Virus record (IMG/VR): IMGVR_UViG_3300034980_000289
Span: 1 to 59,737 of that record
Strand: one strand, 5' to 3'
Source of the DNA: a virus
Lineage: Duplodnaviria > Caudoviricetes
DNA: 59,737 bases
Both the position numbers and the translations under genes were made by a program. The stretch's first letter is position 1; the number at the start of each line of letters is the position of its first letter. This document shows positions 56,226-59,737 of the stretch, one piece after another. The notes under the pieces are model-generated. The model did no database searches and was not told where the DNA came from. It saw nothing but the letters and a program-made list of their open reading frames with translations.

Positions 56226-56796
56226 TATAAAAGAGATTGATGTCATATTTAGTGAACTTAATTCTTTAAATGTAAATAATTTCACACAAAAGAAAGGTCA
56301 ATTTACTTATTTAAGTTGGGCCTGGGCAGTTAGGGAATTATTACAAGTAGACCCACAGGCAACTTGGGAAGTTCATGAATGGGGGATAGAAGGAAGTAAA
56401 CAACCATATATGCAGACAGAAGCAGGTTGCTTTGTACAGGTCACAGTATGGTCAGGTGGAATTGCTAGAACGCAGGTTCATCCTGTTCTTGATAATAGAA
56501 ATAAGACAATTGAAAAGCCAAATGCTTTTGAAATAAATACTTCTATTCAAAGATGTTTAGCAAAAGCAATAGCACTGCACGGATTGGGATTATATATTTA
56601 TGCAGGTGAAGACTTGCCGCATGAAGACCCAATTTCTAGAGCAGAAGAAGATGAATTAATTTCAGTAGCTGCTGCTATTTCTGAAGAAATGGAAGAACAG
56701 GTATCTACTTCTTTAACTGATGGTAGTGTAAATAGAGCTAACTACAAAGGTTCACTATCAAAGTTAAAAAGAATGTTGAAAGAAGGCAAGTCATGA
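56218..56796 (+). CDS. sak: Sak/Rad52-like single-strand annealing protein (DUF1071)
   Basis: YLSWAWA, PVLD..N, INTSIQRCLAKAIALHGLGLYIYAGEDLP. Confidence 0.9.
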   Translation: MSNIKEIDVIFSELNSLNVNNFTQKKGQFTYLSWAWAVRELLQVDPQATWEVHEWGIEGSKQPYMQTEAGCFVQVTVWSGGIARTQVHPVLDNRNKTIEKPNAFEINTSIQRCLAKAIALHGLGLYIYAGEDLPHEDPISRAEEDELISVAAAISEEMEEQVSTSLTDGSVNRANYKGSLSKLKRMLKEGKS

Positions 56797-57098
56797 AAAA
56801 TCTAAAGATAGATAGTGACGCTTGGGATGATGCTCTTTTTAAGAGGGGTGTTGTCTATACCGTGGGTACTAATGATGGTGCTCACTTTAAACAAGTAGAG
56901 TTCATTGGAACTAAGTTATATCATGGAAAATCTATGATGGTATTTAAGACTAATGATGAAAGACGATTAACTGTCAATCCCAGCTATCAATCATTTGTAA
57001 TAGAAGACCCATATAAATCTGATTTTATAACAGGGGATTTTGATACAGATGCTTTACTTGAAGTTGAGATTGCAAACCAAGAAGGAGTTAACCATTAA
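56793..57098 (+). CDS. Hypothetical protein
   Basis: Coupled on both sides. Confidence 0.65.
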   Translation: MKNLKIDSDAWDDALFKRGVVYTVGTNDGAHFKQVEFIGTKLYHGKSMMVFKTNDERRLTVNPSYQSFVIEDPYKSDFITGDFDTDALLEVEIANQEGVNH

Positions 57099-57376
57099 TG
57101 GGTAAACTAACTGTAAAAGAAGCCGAAGAGCTAAAAGAGAAAGGTATCTTATCTAAAAGAGCTGTTGCAGAAATGCAAAAGTCAGGATTAGTAGGTACTC
57201 GTAAAAGAGGTGTAAGAAAATATATGAAAACTGCTAATGGCAATTGGGTATGTCCCCAGTTATATTTTCAAGGATTGAATAATAGTGAATATAGTAAACG
57301 AATGGTTGAGTTTAGAGATGAGTTTAATACTTTGTTAAACAAGTATACGACTGAACGCTCAACAATTAAACAATAA
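57098..57376 (+). CDS. Hypothetical protein
   Basis: AAGGAG RBS. Confidence 0.65.
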   Translation: MGKLTVKEAEELKEKGILSKRAVAEMQKSGLVGTRKRGVRKYMKTANGNWVCPQLYFQGLNNSEYSKRMVEFRDEFNTLLNKYTTERSTIKQ

Positions 57377-57389
57377 ATAAGGAGAAAAA

Positions 57390-57962
57390 GTGAAAAGTCT
57401 AGAAAACACAACAGTCAGTAAATCTGATTCTGCTAGATTACCTATCGTTCCTGGAACATACCCTGCTCATGTGAGCGAGTTTGCTTCTATGGAATATAAT
57501 GATAGTATAGTTTTCAATTTAACCTACGTTATAGCAACTGAAGCCAGTACATTAGAAATAAATAAAATGTTTCTTGATGATGGTCAATTAGTTAAAACGA
57601 CAGATGCTGAAGGCGCAGATGTTATGATAAGTGCATCATATATGTCTGGAAAGCCTTTTAAGGGCGGTGGAGTTTGGTTAACACCAAGTCCTGGCCAAGG
57701 TGAAGGTTGGAAGAATAAAAAGTACCAACAACATTGTGAAAATATGGGAATTGTATTTGATACAAACGATGACGGTGAAACCATTCTTGGAGAAATAGAA
57801 GAGAATGATGTAGTTGGAAAACCTGTTCTTATTAAATTAGGACAAGAGGAGTATACCAAAGATGGGCAAACAAAGACTGCATGGAAAGTCTTTACTGTCT
57901 ATCCGTGGAAAGAAGGAAGTATTATGTCAGCTGAAGAAATGAAATCTGACGTACCTTTCTAA
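57390..57962 (+). CDS. Single-stranded DNA-binding protein (DUF669-like)
   Basis: P.GTY.A.V N-terminus; acidic C-terminal DVPF tail; next to sak. Confidence 0.65.
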   Translation: MKSLENTTVSKSDSARLPIVPGTYPAHVSEFASMEYNDSIVFNLTYVIATEASTLEINKMFLDDGQLVKTTDAEGADVMISASYMSGKPFKGGGVWLTPSPGQGEGWKNKKYQQHCENMGIVFDTNDDGETILGEIEENDVVGKPVLIKLGQEEYTKDGQTKTAWKVFTVYPWKEGSIMSAEEMKSDVPF

Positions 57963-57965
57963 ATT

Positions 57966-58233
57966 AGAGTAAGGGTAGGTATTGCCAGTATATCCCATCA
58001 AGGTATACCAAAACAATAACTCAATTAGATGGCGATATATGCTATGGCTCTACCCTTATTTTGCTTAAATTAAGTCGAGCGGTTTGCTTAAATCACACCT
58101 CGGATTAGCTTACCCCTTCCACATACCCTCCTCAAAAGTGAGCCGCTCAAATTTTAACTTAGGGGATTATTGAGTGTACCGAGTGTTCTTCAGGCTGATA
58201 AACTTGGTTGGCAAAGACTTAATAATCCCTTAA
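57966..58233 (+). ncRNA. Three tandem stem-closed RNA cassettes (57966..58062, 58077..58148, 58159..58233)
   Basis: 13-17 bp closing stems with G-U pairs on +, separated by short AU-rich linkers. Confidence 0.6.
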
Positions 58234-58254
58234 ATTCTGTCTAAAGGAGATTAT

Positions 58255-58578
58255 ATGCAGAATGAAGAAACAATTGATAGATTAAATAACCCACCATTTA
58301 TTAAAAATAATAAACCTATAGACTTAAGCGATATGCCTGAGGATATGGATTTAGAGTTAGTAAAAGTCGCAATATTCGGTATAGTAGAATCTGTGTTAAT
58401 ATCTTATCAAGATAAAGACATACATAAAAATACTGTACGCCATAATATTGCTAATGAGATTTGGAAACTGATAGTTAATGAAGGTTTTTCTAAAGATATA
58501 TTAAAAAGTGAACCAACAACTGCTGATGAACATAATGAAAAGTGGTTAAAAGAAGAAAAGGAGAAAGAAATTGGATGA
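58255..58578 (+). CDS. Hypothetical protein
   Basis: AAGGAG RBS. Confidence 0.65.
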   Translation: MQNEETIDRLNNPPFIKNNKPIDLSDMPEDMDLELVKVAIFGIVESVLISYQDKDIHKNTVRHNIANEIWKLIVNEGFSKDILKSEPTTADEHNEKWLKEEKEKEIG

Positions 58579-58822
58579 AGTAGTGATAACAATAAAGACG
58601 AGTGAGTCTGAACTTGAATGTTTAATATGGGCTCTTAGCGCTATAAAAACAATAAGATTACCAATTGAACCTACTTGGAAGAAACCGTATAAATCTCTAT
58701 TAAAAGATTTAGAAAATATAAAAAGCGGGGTAATTGAAGCTAAAAGGGACAAAATTAATGACCAAAAAGAAGAAAAACAAAGAGGTGTCATCTGTAAGTC
58801 GCCAACAAACGAATGCGATTAA
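58571..58822 (+). CDS. Hypothetical protein
   Basis: GGAG RBS with TTG start. Confidence 0.55.
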   Translation: MDEVVITIKTSESELECLIWALSAIKTIRLPIEPTWKKPYKSLLKDLENIKSGVIEAKRDKINDQKEEKQRGVICKSPTNECD

Positions 58823-59063
58823 TAGATTAGTTAAAAAAGCTTTAAAGAATGGCTTTAAGGCTATCCCAGTTCATAATCATATGTATTTAAAAGATGTAAA
58901 GGAAGGTGAATACTTTGATACAGGAAGATTGAAAGGTATAAAAATTGAAAGTGGAAACATGGGAACAAAGGTTATTGTTCTTGATGTTAAGGTAGAGGAA
59001 GAAGATGTTAATTATTATTTAGGCAAGCAACTGCTGGCAAATAAAACGGAGGTGTTAAAATGA
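58758..59063 (+). CDS. Hypothetical protein
   Basis: Operon position; start uncertain (58734 or 58758). Confidence 0.55.
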   Translation: MTKKKKNKEVSSVSRQQTNAINRLVKKALKNGFKAIPVHNHMYLKDVKEGEYFDTGRLKGIKIESGNMGTKVIVLDVKVEEEDVNYYLGKQLLANKTEVLK

Positions 59064-59154
59064 ATATACTTTTAGATATAGCACAAGTATGGTTTCTTGT
59101 TCTTATATGGAAAAAATTAGAAGAACTTTTAAAGGAAGCAAGAGAGGAATATTA

Positions 59155-59388
59155 ATGAGTATGAATATAGAATTTGATTTAACTGAATGTAATCTTAAAT
59201 ATCACGGAGAAGTTATAATCGATAATAAAGAATATTCTTTTGAGGCATCATGGAATGATGTTAATGAAGAAGTTATTGCTATTTACTGGCCTTGGGCTAA
59301 GCCTAAGCGATTAATGAAAGCAGAAAAAAGAATCGTACAATTAATTTCTAAAGTTATAAAGGAAGATGCAAAGTTTATAATTGTTTAA
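59155..59388 (+). CDS. Hypothetical protein
   Basis: GAGG RBS before ATG 59155, within listed ORF 59089..59388. Confidence 0.55.
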   Translation: MSMNIEFDLTECNLKYHGEVIIDNKEYSFEASWNDVNEEVIAIYWPWAKPKRLMKAEKRIVQLISKVIKEDAKFIIV

Positions 59389-59400
59389 AGGAGAAATATT

Positions 59401-59571
59401 ATGGGACAGATGTCTTGGTTAGCGCATTTAGTAGATACGCAAGATGAGAAGGGCTTAATAGAGTTTTTAGCAGGAAAAGGATTTAAGAAACCTAAGTATG
59501 CTGCTAAAGAATTTTTAAAGGCTGCTGATGAAATTAAGGAAGATGAAAAGAAAAAAGAAAAAAATGGATAA
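59401..59571 (+). CDS. 56-aa hypothetical protein (not in ORF track)
   Basis: AAGGAG RBS; MGQMSWLAHL...KKEKNG. Confidence 0.65.
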   Translation: MGQMSWLAHLVDTQDEKGLIEFLAGKGFKKPKYAAKEFLKAADEIKEDEKKKEKNG

Positions 59572-59737
59572 ATGTCCAGCGTGTGGTTTTAAATATAATA
59601 GATATCCAAAGGCAACACAAATAAGAGACTTATTATTCCAAAGAGATAAAGAAACAAAAAAAACATTAAAGAAAGTTATTGGATTAATAAGGGAAAATAT
59701 CCCCTCAGAGGACACAGATGATAAAACCCACAAGTTC
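59564..59737 (+). CDS. 5' part of a junction-spanning 131-aa hypothetical protein (MDKCPACGFKY...), continuing to 367
   Basis: ATG at 59564; the frame stays open through the repeat into ORF 182..367; N-terminal CxxC. Confidence 0.8.
   Translation, partial: MDKCPACGFKYNRYPKATQIRDLLFQRDKETKKTLKKVIGLIRENIPSEDTDDKTHKF
59593..59737. repeat. Terminal direct repeat, copy 2
   Basis: Matches 1..145; an ORF reads through the junction. Confidence 0.95.

Noticed and set aside
1-59737. Alternative genetic code (stop-codon reassignment as in some crAss-like phages)
   Set aside because: Genes are intact and densely packed under code 11, and TAA, TAG and TGA are all used as stops.

Overview
The window is an apparently complete, circularly permuted dsDNA bacteriophage genome. 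Its unique length is about 59,592 bp, and 1..145 repeats at 59593..59737 with one synonymous mismatch. It is AT-rich and podovirus-like, with two divergent arms. The + arm (about 50094 to the end, then 1..4289) carries early and replication genes: PNK-type phosphatase, ParB-like protein, Cas4-like nuclease, Sak/Rad52 annealase, SSB, DUF932, adenine MTase, DnaB and a RuvC-like resolvase. The - arm (49909 to 4388) carries TerS, TerL, lysin, P22-like portal, scaffold, capsid, adaptors, several tail fibres, a membrane/lysis cluster, nozzle and ejection proteins. I recognised no DNA polymerase, primase, integrase, reverse transcriptase or true tRNA. The most notable points are: (1) about 1.6 kb of continuous, strand-specific structured non-coding RNA at 50629..52230, including a GOLLD-like giant RNA, plus dispersed long-stem small-RNA cassettes, some showing anti-Shine-Dalgarno loops; (2) a 3102-aa ejection protein with two-barrel (QDE-1/crAss gp66-like) RNA polymerase motifs, including DNDGD; (3) an 18-nt motif conserved at the nucleotide level at tail-fibre module junctions, with evidence of a module swap; (4) likely non-canonical ATA/ATC start codons; (5) an unannotated protamine-like peptide; (6) apparent GATC avoidance. 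All family assignments come from motif recognition by eye, not from database searches.
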